From contig NC_083277.1 in NCBI RefSeq assembly GCF_963506605.1, forward strand, positions 63,984,001-64,048,000: 64,000 nt of DNA, written 5' to 3'. Made by a program: the position numbers and the translations under genes. The notes under the pieces were generated by a model that was not told the origin of the DNA, did no database searches, and saw only the letters and a list, made by a program, of their open reading frames with translations. This stretch comes from Zootoca vivipara. Taxonomy: Eukaryota. Shown here piece by piece: positions 47,753 to 60,316 of this stretch; position 1 is the stretch's first letter; every line of letters starts with the position of its first letter.

Positions 47753-49059
47753 GTAAATGTGCAACGTACAACCCAAGAATGCAGAGCTTTCACCTGCTTT
47801 TAAGAAACATGAGTCGACATAGCTTCAAGATGCACTCAGGTGCATCTCACTCTGAAAACCCTTGCCAAGGAGGCAAAGCTAGGCATAGCGAGCGTCTGGC
47901 TCCAAGGGGATCGTTGCTGGAAACCTGGCAAGGGGTTCTTTGTCGGGAGAGGAGCCAGATGGTGCAACAGACAAAAGAAAGCAGCGAACATGTTCAAAAT
48001 GCAATTATCCTTCCCTTTAGCACATTAGCATCTCTTTTCAAGTCACCTGCGGCCTCCAGCCATTCAGCAAATGAGCATATGCAGCAAATATAACCGTAAC
48101 CATACTTGTTAATTTACAAGGCAAGCATTACTCAGAAGTCTCTGGTGAGTGCATTCACAACAAATGGGACCATATGTACCCCTAATAAGGATCGCCTAGA
48201 GATTGCCCAAGTCTGTTATGCTCTGTAGGAATAGCCAGGAGCAAGGAGTGAATATGTCACAGCAGACTTCCAAGCACCCTAACCATATGCGCTGTCAGAC
48301 CTAAGCAGCCGTACCTCCCATCTGGCAACAGCTAGACTACGCGGCAGTACAGAATCGGCGTTCTGTCTCCATCCACCTGGCAGGCTGCTTGGATATTGTA
48401 AGCATTGTGCAGAAGATAACTGAATGTCAGTCTTTGGCCCCTTGAGAGAAGGCATTTGAGCATGAGTGCTCACTTGAGATAATCTAAAGACAATGAAGTT
48501 TAATGATCCAAAGTTTAATGGCCCGACAAGGTTGTGTGAGAAAACAAATATACACAGGTCTTTTCTCCACCGGGTCTGCCACATACCATTTAGCAGCCAT
48601 TCAAATGTGTGCCTGAAGAATACGCCTCTAGAAAGCTGGTCGTGCGTCCCCTCACCGTATTGCAGGTAGTAGATATGCTACATAGGACACATGTAGGGAG
48701 CAGGCAGCCTCTCTGAACGCTCTCAACTTTACCAGGTATATTTGGAGGGGGAAAGGCAACAACTCTGTACCAGGAAAAAGGACACATAGTATTCCATGTC
48801 CTGATGTTGGGAGGCACTAAAAACAATTCAGGCATTTTAAAGCAAATTTGCATACATTATTTAATTTGGATACTTTAGTTTGATGGCAAGATTTTGATTT
48901 CAGAAGATTTTGTAAATTGCTTTCTACAGTAATAAGTGATGCAGAGAAGAAGTGAAACACTGAGGCTGCAATCCATTATTCTCACTTGCGAGGGGGTAAG
49001 CCCCATTGAGCTCAATGGGACTTCCTTCTGAGTAGAAATGTATATAATTACATGCCTTT

Positions 49060-49300
49060 ATTCTATTCTATTCTATTCTATTCTATTCACCAGTATTTAA
49101 TATACTGCATTATATCCCACCTTTTTGTCCAATATGCTCAAGGTGGCATGCATTCAACCCCACAACAACCTTGTGAGGTAGGTTAGGCTAGAGGCAGTGA
49201 CTGGCCCAGAGTCACCCAGTGAGCTTCATGGGATACGGGGATTTGAACTCTGAGCTCCCAGGTCCTAGTCTGGCACTCTAACCACTGCACCATACTATGC
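49060..49300 (-). mobile_element. tRNA-derived SINE (Squam3/MIR-like) with adjacent (CTATT)n
   Basis: CACAACAACCTTGTGAGGTAGGTTAGGCT...GTCACCCAGTGAGCTTCATGG...GATTTGAAC...CTAACCACTGCACCA. Confidence 0.72.
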
Positions 49301-51311
49301 TGTAAAGTGTTTTTTAAAAAAAAACAACAACCAACCAATTGAACCCTACTGGAATCTTGTACATATGCCAATAAAGTTTTGAGAATCTGATGAAGTGTGT
49401 GTAATTTGTGGATCCTGAAGTTGACTACATCAATAGGATCAGATTCTGGCCTGGCATGGTATTCAGCCTCCTCAGAATCCAAATTCTGGTTTTTAAGAAA
49501 CAAGTTCCCAGTCTTTGTGGCCACATGAAAAGGCTGAGAATGTCAGGCAATGTCCAGCCAAAACTCAAAAGCAGAGCAGAAATTCCAGCCTAGGACTCCA
49601 GTACATAGCTTTCCCTACCTACATTTATCCTTCATTTCCTCATCTTTCCCTTTTCCTATTGCCTCAGTGCATTCAGTGTCATTAGGAGCAGAATAAATTA
49701 TGCACAGAAAGTAAAGTACAGGGAATTTTGCTTAATTTCTGTATTATTTTATTTTGATCAATGAGCACAGTTTTTGGGTTCTTCATGAGAATTGAAGGGT
49801 TTTATGCAAAGTGGCCGTTCAACTCAAGTAACAGATTTACCCTTGTGCGACTGGATTTACCCATCCTTCTTTTCCCCTCCACCCCCTCAAAATCTGCTCA
49901 AAATGCAAAGTACTTGTAAGTAACCAAAAGGAGAAGGAACCTGCAAGTTTCTTTTCCAAATTTGACATGCTGATCGAAACTTGCATCACTCCACAGATTT
50001 ATTTAGGCGCAGCATCCTAAAATGGAATAATAGGTTTGCCTTCTGCTCATTTCAGTGACAAAAAAAATTATCCATACCCAAAACCATTTGTTGGACTTAT
50101 TCCCCCTTAATTGGAATGGCATTTCTTCATTCAGTCACAAGAGCAGTCTGGGGTAGGGAGAGTTAAGCAAGAAGGACTCTTATTAATTTGGGGAATGTGG
50201 CGGCAGTGGCGCAATACAGAATCTTGACAGCTTGGGTGCCAGCAATATTTATGCAGAAACTTCTGCCAGACTACATATGACCTTTAAATCAATCCTTTCT
50301 CTTCTCCCACAGCTAGAATGGGTCCCAGTGGAGGGTTTATCAACCAAAGATTAGATGCTTGGGGCGGGGGGGGGGGCTAATCCTGAATTTTCTGGCCAGT
50401 TAACCAATCATATTTTGTTGCAGACTCCAAGTTGCTTAATCAGAGGGGAAGTCTGAGTTTCCACCTCTCCCACAGCTACACAGGGTCAAGGGGCCTGGGA
50501 TATTGAGAAATCACCATGGAGCACTGATGGAACACAGAAACCACTCCTGGTCACAGCTTTGGCCCATCCAAAAAAAAAAAAAGGCTGCAAAGAAGGGGAC
50601 AGTGAGAAGCTTCTCAATAGTGTTAAACCAATGATCTTCTTGTTTTATGTGCACGAGGCCATAGAGCATTACACCAGCAAATGAAATAGATGAAGAATTT
50701 TAAAAAAAACTTATCACCAAGGAGCACTTCTCATTATTGCTGGAGGATACTAAACCTGGTCAAGCTCAATTTCCTCTTGATCTGCGTAATATATAAATCC
50801 GCTGCAAGCTGTGCCACAGGTCATAAACCTTTGCCAACGCATTGATTTGCCATTGTGGTGCTCAACACTGCTGTGATTGTAGGTTACAGATAATTACCCT
50901 GACCTGGATTTATTTTAGAAATCCCTGTACAACCTTGAGTCAAATGATGGTGTGGGAGGATGGGGGGGGGATGAATGGGCAGGTGTAATTGAAGACATTC
51001 TAACTGTGTGACAAGCACTCTATATGGGCATGGATGTCACCTAATTCTGCAGCACCAAACATAATGGAGCTCTCTGCATTTTTGTAGATGTAGACATTGG
51101 TTGGGTGCAGAACTGCATCACAACATTCAGTTACAGTAACTGTGAATTTGAAAGCTAGCTGTGTTTCAGTTTACGTATTGTTTCAGAAAGTCTGAATTCG
51201 ATAGATTTGGCCTTAAATGGATATTGAATTACATCTCTTCTATCCCCAGTGGTGGCACCCCAATACTAGCTTGCCTGGCACCGAGTTTGATGTCTTTTCA
51301 GCACCAGGTGA

Positions 51312-51392
51312 TTCTTCTTCTTCTTCTTCTTCTTCTTCTTCTTCTTCTTCTTCTTCTTCTTCTTCTTCTTCTTCTTCTTCTTCTTCTTCTTC
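51312..51392. repeat. (TTC)27 microsatellite
   Basis: Pure TTC run. Confidence 0.95.
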
Positions 51393-51706
51393 GCACAGCA
51401 CTTTGTGAACTAGTGAGTTTTTAGATCTGGTGGTTTTTATAGTTTTAAGCTGAGGCTGTTGCAGTTCTACCACTGTTATCAATTTTGGACCAATCTTATT
51501 GCTATGTTTTTAACTAGCGAAAACCACCCTGAAAATCATTTGATTGAAGACCTGGGTAGCAAGTTTTCATCAATAAATATATTGAGAAGAGAATTAAAGG
51601 CAAGATTTCCATTAAGAAATCTTTCCCCCATAATTCAAGCATTGACCAGACCATTCACTTCTCATAAAAGCTCCACTATATGACACTCCAAAATGTAATC
51701 CCATCT

Positions 51707-52075
51707 TGTTGTTTAGTCATTTAGTCATGTCCGACTCTTCGTGACCCCATGGACCAGAGCACACAAGGCACTCCTGTCTTCCACTGCCTTCCACAGTTTG
51801 GTCAGACTCATGTTGATACTTCAAGAACACTGTCCAACCATCTCATCCTCTGTCGTCCCCTTCCCCTTGTGCCCTCAATCTTTCCCAACATCAGGGTCTT
51901 TTCCAGGGAGTCTTCTCTTCTCATGAGGTGGCCAAAGTATTGGAGCCTCAGCTTCAGGATCTGTCCTTCCAGTGAGCACTCAGGGCTGATTTCCTTCAGA
52001 ATGGATAGGTTTGATCTTCTTGCAGTCCATGGGACTCTCAGGAGTCTCCTCCAGCACCATAATTCAAAAGCATCA
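51707..52075 (-). mobile_element. BovB 3' end (part of composite insertion 51707-52847)
   Basis: ORF 51808-52092(-) is the BovB C-terminus. Tail TTGTTGTTTAGTC on the plus strand. Confidence 0.9.
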
Positions 52076-52374
52076 TTACTCACGATACCCAACTTTAATT
52101 CTCTGTAATTTCTAAATCAGGGATGGCTGAAAAGGCCCTGGACTGGTGTCTGCATACAGCATTGGGCTGGATGAGGGTTAATAAACTGTGCTGGGTGTTG
52201 AACCAAGGGACAGAGCTGCAGGGCATCGCAACTGTGACACAGTGTGCACACACAGGACAGAAGGCAAGAAGTGCTGGGGCAACGTATTTTTGCCTCACAC
52301 AGGGCACCACTACAATTTGAAAGACCAAAGTGGGTGGGTGAGGGGTTTCTGGGTCCAGGAAATCAATAAATTGC
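52076..52374 (-). repeat. Inverted duplicate of 35703-36001
   Basis: About 300 bp of non-BovB sequence with roughly 6 differences by eye. The track ORFs are near-identical (AEKALDWCLHTALGWMR...). Confidence 0.92.
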
Positions 52375-52431
52375 TACACTACCTGGGGTGGCTCAAGGTC
52401 AGCAACCACACTACCTGGGGTGGCTCAAGGT

Positions 52432-52850
52432 GAAGGGGCTTGAATAACTCAGAGAAGGTATGAGCTATGCTGTGCAGGGCCACCCAAGATGGACAGGTCA
52501 TGGTGGAGAGTTTTGACTAAACGTGATCCACCTGGAGCAGGAACTGGCAAGCCACTCCAGTATCCCTGCCAAGAAAACTCCATGGACAAAGACAACAGGC
52601 ATATAAAAGTTATGACGCTGGAAGATGAGCCCTTCAGGTCGGAAGGCGTCAACATGCTACTGAGGAAGAGCAGAGGACAAGTACAAGTAGATTCAGAGCT
52701 GATGAAGCGGCTGGGCCAAAGCTGAAAGGTCACTCAGTTGCAGATATGCCTGGAAGCGAAAGGAAAGACCAAAGCTGTAAAGAAAAATATTGCGAAGGAA
52801 CCTGGAATGTAAGAACCATGAACCTTGGTAAGCTGGATGTGGTCAAAAAT
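52432..52850 (+). mobile_element. BovB 5' fragment (5' UTR and start of endonuclease), inverted relative to the 3' end at 51707
   Basis: GAAGGGGCTTGAATAACTCAGAGAAG.... Encodes GTWNVRTMNLGKLDVVK, the APE endonuclease N-terminal WNVR motif. Confidence 0.88.
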
Positions 52851-55800
52851 CACATCTACTGCTGCAGAAATAGTGACCATTCTTCTTTGTTTCAGCTTTC
52901 CAAGGGTGCAGCCAGGACTGAAAACCCCAATTTGGCCAGAGAACAGAAAGCAAGCAAACATGGGCACTGAAAAAACTGCCTGCATGCCTCTGAAAAACTA
53001 TTGTCTGACTCAGTACAAAATCTGAATTCGTCTTTCACCTGGTTATTATAACTTTTCCACCAAACATCCCATCTCGTGGAGAAATCGTGTCTCACAAAGT
53101 CTTGCTTTAGAAGGGGATGAGGGAGGCCAGATTACCTAAGCAAGTCATTGTGATGGATAATACATACTACCACCTTCTTTCAACCCCACATCCCTATACC
53201 TGGCACAATGGTGTGTGTGTGTTTTTAATATATATATCTTCCCCACCACTACCATGTGATTCTTTGGAATGAAAACCAGTCTAAAAGCATAATCAATCAA
53301 TCATTCAGACTAACCAAATGCTTCTGCAATGACGCTGTCTACAGATCTTTGCTTCCTTCACTGTGGGGTCGGGATGCATACAAGCATCTTTAATCTTCTT
53401 TGTACTGTAAAGTAATTATGACTGAATTTGTGTTCCTTCAACATCATGCTGAGAGCACCAGTCACATCCTGTGCTTCTAATTAGTTATATGAACCCCATG
53501 AAAGTCTGTACTGTGAGAAAGCCAGCCAGCTAGCTATAACTTTCCTCCTTGATCAATTAGGGAATGATTTGTAATAAATATCCTTACTTCTAACAGGTCT
53601 GGAAAGCAACTTATAGGCTGGTGCAGATGGGCTCAAGGCCTAGCTGCATCATAAAGCCTATTGCGTGTGGAGACCCTTTAACCTGGCCTAGAAATAAATT
53701 CAGATTGGACTCAAATTTTGGACTCTGGGCGACACCATGAGTCAGCCAGGTCAACACCTGGGATGGGAGCCATGACAAGCGCCACAACCCTGCTTGGGGA
53801 AGACCAACCAATGAGTTCTAGGATTCCTTTTACAGGAATACCCATGGATAGGGTTCGCTAGGAATCCTGCCACCCCATCAGCATGAACCAGAGCCTATCC
53901 GCCAACCTTATAAGCTGTGACGAATTGCTACGTGGCAGGCAAAACCCAAGTGGCACCAGCCAATCAGCCAAATGGGGAAAATTCCTGCTGTGCCCCTGCC
54001 CTAAGACACGATGGCATAGCAAGGTCAAGTGCAAGCCCTAAAGTAGGGAGAGGTGGGCGGGTGTTCTATCCTTCCACTCTTCTTCAACTTGAAGAACTTG
54101 GAGAAATTTTTAGTTGTGTGTCTGTCTAGTTGTTTGGGGTGTTGTTTGCTTGAGCTTGTAAGGTCTTTTTATTGGGTTTGAAAAACAAGTCAGTTTTTCA
54201 GGATAATGTGCCTTTCTTTTGATCTAAATCTCTGCTATGCTTCACAACGGATGTAAGTGGAGAGGTATTTACTGAGAGCAGGACTTAAAATAGAAGAGGA
54301 GGGCTGAGGAGGAAGCTTCCCCTTTATCTTTTGTGCTGTCTCCCATTGCTGTTTTCAGGGAGGTCTGTGAGGAGCATGATTCAGCTAAAATTGGGCACAG
54401 CCAAGGTGTGGAGCTTTTTGGCTTTACTGTAGACCCCCTACCTTTACTTCCAGCATTTGAACACGGACCCAGACAACCAAAGGCTCAGGGATTCTTGGGT
54501 AGGGGCTTAAAGCCAATGTGATCTGCAGAAAGGACACATTAGACCAGGGGTGCAGCCCTCCAAATGTTTCTGCACTGCAACTTCTATCAGCCCCTGCCAG
54601 CATAGCCAGTGATCAGGGATGGTGGGAGGTTTAGTCCAACAACATCTGGAGGACCACATGTTGTGCATTAGACCTTTGTACCTGGTCCTTGGTTCTAATA
54701 CAATTTTCCATAGAACTACTAGCTGCCTCAAGTTGAGCCCTAATCAGCAGAAGTATGAGGCTAATCTTGATTCTGTGTGGTGAAATTTGTGACTGTATTT
54801 TGCCTCTGTGAGAAAAGTGTCACACAGCTCTTCTAAGCAAGATTTTTGAGTCCAATACTTCTTCACAAAGCTAGTTTTCAGTTATATAAGACTGGCAAAT
54901 ATTTCTAAAGCATCCTCTCCATCTGTTTAATTCTGTGGGTGCATGTTATCACAACAAGTGTTTATAATATTCATATAAGCTCTTCATAGCCTTACTCCAG
55001 ATAGGCAGAAATTGCGTCACATAACTGAAGAAATTTTCCCTTTTGAACACAATAATGCCCGAATGCAATTAATTCAGCTGTTTCTGAGCGCTCTTAAGAA
55101 AATTGCCCACAGATGCAATAAGGGGCTATGTTGACAGACCGAAATGTGGCAGAATATTGTGCTATCAAATGATACATGAGCCAATGATGTGATGCAGTAT
55201 GAATATTATATCAAAGTTTAAAGAAATAACAATACCACCACTGGAAAAGCTCCATGGAGAACACTGTGTTCAGTTCCGGGTATCACCGTTCATGAAGGAA
55301 CATCAAAAGAAGTGTGTGTGAGAGAGGAAGGAGCACAATGGGAATGAAATGGAGATTAGAAAGCAAAGGGGGGGGGGGAATACACAGAAACTGATTATAT
55401 GTAGCATAGAATAAATTGGTCTTAAGAGCTTTCAGTTCTAACATATGGGTTAGGATTTACAGACTATCTTTATGTTCTACATTGATATCCCTCTCCAGTG
55501 ATAGTCTAACATTCATCACTTTCAGACCCTGCATCCACAGCCAGCATCTTAAGGCAGGTGCTCTGCCCACATTGCCTTGACCTACCAGCACTGATGCTTC
55601 CCTATGCCAGAGAGGTTGCTGATAAATATTATAAAAACTAAAACTTTTTAAAAAAGGAAATTAGGGTGGTTATGATAGGAAGAAGGTGAAACAAGGTGCT
55701 TTCCATTCATTGAGAGCACGTCATTCAAATAAAACTCACGCAGTCTAACAAAGGAGCAAATATGTCACAGGTTGGAAATTAAGGTAGAAACCTCAACTAA

Positions 55801-57084
55801 AGGAGATGTTCCTGTGCTTGTTCTGAACTGCTCTTGTGAACTGCTTTTAATGACACTTGCAAACCACATGCACAGTCTTCTTATCTTTTAAAAAGAGCCT
55901 CTTGTCCCCCTGGAGATTCAAGCCCCCCCACCTGCCACCTGGAAGGAGCCAAGCAAAGCTGGAGACTCTTGAGTTCGGGCAACCCTAGTCCCCCAAAGGA
56001 TCCAGTAGGAAGAGGTGGTGAAGCCATGAAGGATGGAGGAGAAAGAGAAAGGAAAAGAAAGGAGTTGATGGAGGTGTTCATTAATAAAGTTTGCACTTCA
56101 AGCTATACTGCTATCATATATTTGTAAGAGAACCAAGATACAAACTCTATATTATTATTATTTATTCCATTTACCTTAAGGACCCCAGTAACTTAAGGAC
56201 AGTCTTTCCCCTCATAAATCCCAAAATGATCAACATCTGAGGCCCTCCTCTCTTCAAGAGATGTTCAGAGGGTGGAACCCTAATTGCTTGCAGTTTTCAC
56301 ATATTATTTTCTCCTCAAGTCAGAATTGTTCATCCTGGTAACAGTGCCATTGTCACATAGCTGACCAAGTACGGTCTCATAACAACGTCGCTGAAAACAA
56401 ACAGACCTAATTCAGAGTGAGTGCAACGACCGCTGCCACCTCAGTGGCAACCACCCCAAACAGCATCTTCCTGGTCTGGATGTAAATGTTTCCTGATCAG
56501 GTCTCTAGGAGACAGGTAACTCTGACCTTGCTTGCCTTAACTGTCCTTCACCGTTTGCTTGTCCATTTCTTTGTTAGCTTCCTTGCCTGCCAACCCTCTG
56601 ATCTGATATTTCCGTACATTCTGCTTTCAATCGCCGTCAACGGTGGACCCCTCAGCTCTCTGACCTTGGTGATATTGTTGGTATCCATCTATCTCGAGAG
56701 ACAATGGAGTGCACCTCCGGGGACGGGTGGGTGCTCCATCCTTCCTCCAATTTAACAACTAGAAAAAAAGACATACAAAAAAGTTCACATGCAAAATCTT
56801 AGTAAAACTATTATAAGAATGGCAGCATTCATAAAACAGTTACCAGATACAAAGCATCAAAAGATCAAGACATCAGAAATTCAGATTATTCCACAGCAAT
56901 CTCCCTTACATCAGCCAAATCAATATACCTGGATAAGTATTATTATTATTATTTTAATGTATTACCCACCCATCACCCTAAAGTCCCAATTTAAAACAGA
57001 ACATTAAAAACAACTTACAATCACAAAAATAACATGTGTCTTAAGAATATACATCTCAGGTGTCAATGTAAGGAGCTGTATCTT

Positions 57085-57753
57085 TTTCTTTTTAATTTTT
57101 ATTTATGATTTTCAATTTTATACATTTCAATAATTTTATAATCATTTTAACATTTCAAAACTCGACTTCCTTCCCCCTCTTTCTGCAGTGCCTTAAATTT
57201 ATTTTATATATCTTCTGCATATTACAAATTAACTTAAGCATTTATTCATCCACTTTAAATGTATACTCTTATAAAACTGCAGGTTATTACAATAATCCTG
57301 CCACTATTCCTACCTGTTTGCAGTTTGTTTGTAAATATTCAATAAACCATTTCCATTCTTTTATAAAAAGATTGTTATCTTCATTTCTTATTTTCCCATT
57401 AAGTTTTGCCATTTCTGCGTATTCCATAAGTTTTTGTACCCATTCTTCTTTTGTCGGGACTTCTTCTTTCCATTTTTGGGCAAATAACATTCTTGCCACT
57501 GTAGTCACATACATGAATAAATTTCTATACAGTTTGGGTAGTACTGTCCCTATAATTCCCAAAAGGAAAGCTTCTGGGTTGTTGTTATTTTACAAATGTT
57601 ATTTTAAACATCTTTTCCAATTCATTATATATCATTTCCCAGTAAGCTTTAACCTTTCTACAAGACCACCATATACAATAAAAAGAACATTCTTTTTCTT
57701 TACATTTCCAACACTTATTTGATTTTGATTTATACATTTTTGGCAGTTTACTC
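57085..57753 (-). mobile_element. L1 LINE 3' fragment
   Basis: Poly-T on the plus strand. ORF 57287-57562(-) LFMYVTTVARMLFAQKWKEEVPTKEEW...EWKWFIEYL (L1 ORF2 C-terminus). TSD CAATGTAAGGAG(C/A)TGTATCTT, with the right copy split by a MITE. Confidence 0.85.
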
Positions 57754-57765
57754 CAATGTAAGGAG

Positions 57766-57888
57766 CATAGCTGTCAACCCCCAGATTTGAAGATAAGGAA
57801 TCCTATGGGACTGTCAACTCCCGGATATGAAAGTAAGGGCGCTGAATAAGGGAATTTCCTGTAAAAAAAGGGAAAGTTGACAGCACTG
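57766..57888. mobile_element. hAT MITE related to the CATAGCTG family
   Basis: CATAGCTGTCAAC / GTTGACAGCACTG. Perfect TSD GTAAGGAG at 57758-57765 and 57889-57896. Confidence 0.8.
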
Positions 57889-57896
57889 GTAAGGAG

Positions 57897-58079
57897 ATGT
57901 ATCTTAATCTGACACCTAAAAACCACTAGCATGGTGAACAGCTGGATCTCTTTGGGGAGGGAGTTTCACATCTGAGGTGCCACAAAAGAGAAGGCCCTGC
58001 ACCACATTGTTGCACCATGAGCTACGGATGCCAACAGAACTATGAGCAGGGTCTCTTCCACAGTCCTAAAGGCATAGGA
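57897..58079 (-). mobile_element. Old L2 fragment (host of the L1 insertion)
   Basis: GGGAGGGAGTTTCACATCTGAGGTGCCACAAAAGAGAAGGCCCTG resembles the L2 at 8408-8455. Confidence 0.6.
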
Positions 58080-58084
58080 TGTTC

Positions 58085-58795
58085 CTGTCACCGCGTGCCA
58101 CGCCACGCTAACTTCCCTGCGCCTCACTCCTGCCTCTCTTGGTAAGCGGCAGCAACCCGCAGTTTTTGGGCCGTCTTACCCACAGGCACTGGGACGCAGG
58201 TGGCGCTGTGGGTTAAACCACAGAGCCTAGGGCTTGCCGATCAGAAGGTCGGCGGTTCGAATCCCCGCGACGGGGTGAGCTCCCGTTGCTTGGTCCCTGC
58301 TCCTGCCAACCTAGCAGTTCGAAAGCACGTCAAAATGCAAGTAGATAAATAGGAACCGCTACAGCGGGAAGGTAAACGGCGTTTCCATGTGCTGCTCTGG
58401 TTTGCCAGAAGTGGCTTTGTCATGCTGGCCACATGACCTGGAAGGTATACGCCGGCTCCCTCGGCCAATAATGCGAGATGAGCGCGCAACCCCAGAGTCA
58501 GTCACTGTTCAGAATGGTCAGGGGTCCCTTTACCTTTTTACCTTTACCCACAGGCACTAGGGGTGCGGGCTCTCAGGGGCGCCAGGCCGAGAGTCCAGGG
58601 CCCAAGAGTTGAGTCCCGGGAAGAGGCCACCCATCGGCCAGAGCACTGCAGCAGGCTCTTTTGCTGCAGACGGTTATGTACTGCGAGTTCGGGGGTGACC
58701 GAGCCAGAGAGATGCTGAGGCGGCCGGCCAGCTCCACCCTCGTGCACGCCTGGGACTGGGCAACCGGGCGCTATAAGAAAATAGATTAGATTAGT
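58085..58795 (+). mobile_element. Unclassified CpG-rich element with L2-like 3' stem-loop and (TAGAT)n tail, split by a Sauria SINE
   Basis: GC/CpG-rich island in AT-rich surroundings. Ends CGCCTGG..CCGGGCG-CTATAAGAAAA-TAGATTAGATTAG. Possible 5-bp TSD TGTTC. Confidence 0.5.
58191..58543 (+). mobile_element. Sauria SINE, full length
   Basis: Canonical head and tail. 15-bp TSD TTACCCACAGGCACT at 58176-58190 and 58544-58558. Confidence 0.92.
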
Positions 58796-60281
58796 TGTTC
58801 GAGTATCCCTTTCAGTCCTACGACAACACCCATACAACTACTCAAGACCAGAATTTATAAATCCCTTTGCCAGTGTCTTTTTAAACTTATTCCTGTATAG
58901 TTTCATAACTAGAGGGATCTATACACAGAATATACTTTTGCTAGAATGTTTGGCAGCACTCAGGTGTCAACAGTCAAAACCAGCATACAGAGCAGATAAA
59001 AGAATAAGATTTTTCCTGCAGCTGTAAAAAGGGGGAAAGAGAGTGTCTTCCATAACTGCAAATCACAAAGCACAAAGTAAAGAACAGAGAACCAGACTTC
59101 AAAAGGTTAAATTTGGAAGCTCCAGATGGGCTGGTCCTGAGCTGCAGTAGATTAGATCAGCTGTCAGTTAATATGGCAATTTCTTGCATCAGGGAAAAAT
59201 TGATTCCTGTGGCAGAATATCACAAGCCATATCAGTCTATCAGTCGGGATTCCAGCCTCTACAGCAGGAGTTCCTGAGCTGTTTTGCGAAGCTTTCTTTC
59301 AGTTGCTGAGGTCTGGGCATGCTACCAGGTTCTGTTCCAGTTCCGTAGCAGTCAGTACTGTACTGGACTTAGATGCATCTGGGTAAAACCAGGAGTTTCT
59401 TGGTTGGAAAAAGATGTAAAGTTCTTCCTGAGCTTCCTGACTGGTGTAATCTTTAAGCCTGCATGTAGCAATTACTCATAGGGAAGCAAAGTGAACTCTA
59501 TAAGTTAGACGTGGAGTAGTAATGATGGAGGCAGCATCAGCACAGAAGAAGATTGGGAGGGTGATGTTGCTGGCATAAACACTGCCTAAATGACAGCTCT
59601 TCACAAGACCAAAGTCAGGGCTATTATTAGTGAAGTGTAAGTTGACGAGTCCTTTGGATTCAGTGGCTCAGAAAAGCTGCTTGATTGACAGGCAGAGAGT
59701 TAGGATTTCCCAAAGTGCTTTGCTCTCTCTGAAAAGATTTGAAGCGTGAGTTGCTGCTGAGCAGGTGCTTGTTGAAGGCTGACCTTTTTTTGGCACCTAA
59801 ACTGGAGGCAGTGCACCTGCTCCCAGAAGGCCAGTAATTTCAAGGGGCTTGCATGCACCTAAATCCAGTGGTGGCTCAGGAAACGAGCAGTGGCAGTGCT
59901 GTCCAATGGCACTGCATTTGTCAGGGAAACGGATGGGGCAGGGCGAGGGAGGCTCAGGGGGAGTTCTCGGTTGGCAGTGGCCCCATAGGTGCACCACTGC
60001 CAACCCAAAGTTTCTCCAGTCTTGTCTCCATCTCACCCTATCCCTGCCCTGCTGAGTGCACAACCACCACTGCCAAGAGGACAACGCTGCCTCCACCACT
60101 GTGCTGCACAAACCAACTTCATGATAGGAGAAGTGGGCCCTCTCTGCCCCCCCTTACAATTTGGCACTGAACCTGGGCACCAAGGCATCCGATCAATTAA
60201 TTTATAAGAAGAAAAATGTAAAGGTTTGGTTTTCAAAAATCCTGGGAAAAACTGTAGGAAACATGAAGCCTTTTCTTTTGA

Positions 60282-60284
<3 letters not shown>

Positions 60285-60312
<28 letters not shown>
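60285..60312. repeat. (TC)n microsatellite
   Basis: Directly visible. Confidence 0.9.

Positions 60313-60316
<4 letters not shown>

Noticed and set aside
52694-52736. Hammerhead-like CTGATGA...GAAA in the BovB 5' fragment
   Set aside because: Stem II is irregular, stem III (AGGU) is neither paired nor palindromic, and stem I needs a bulge. Probably chance.
58085-58795. Telomerase RNA, RNase MRP/P or 7SK identity for the CpG-rich element
   Set aside because: No CTAACCCT template, pseudoknot U/A tracts, H/ACA end or other diagnostic motifs. AAGAGTTG is only a short chance similarity to CR4/5.
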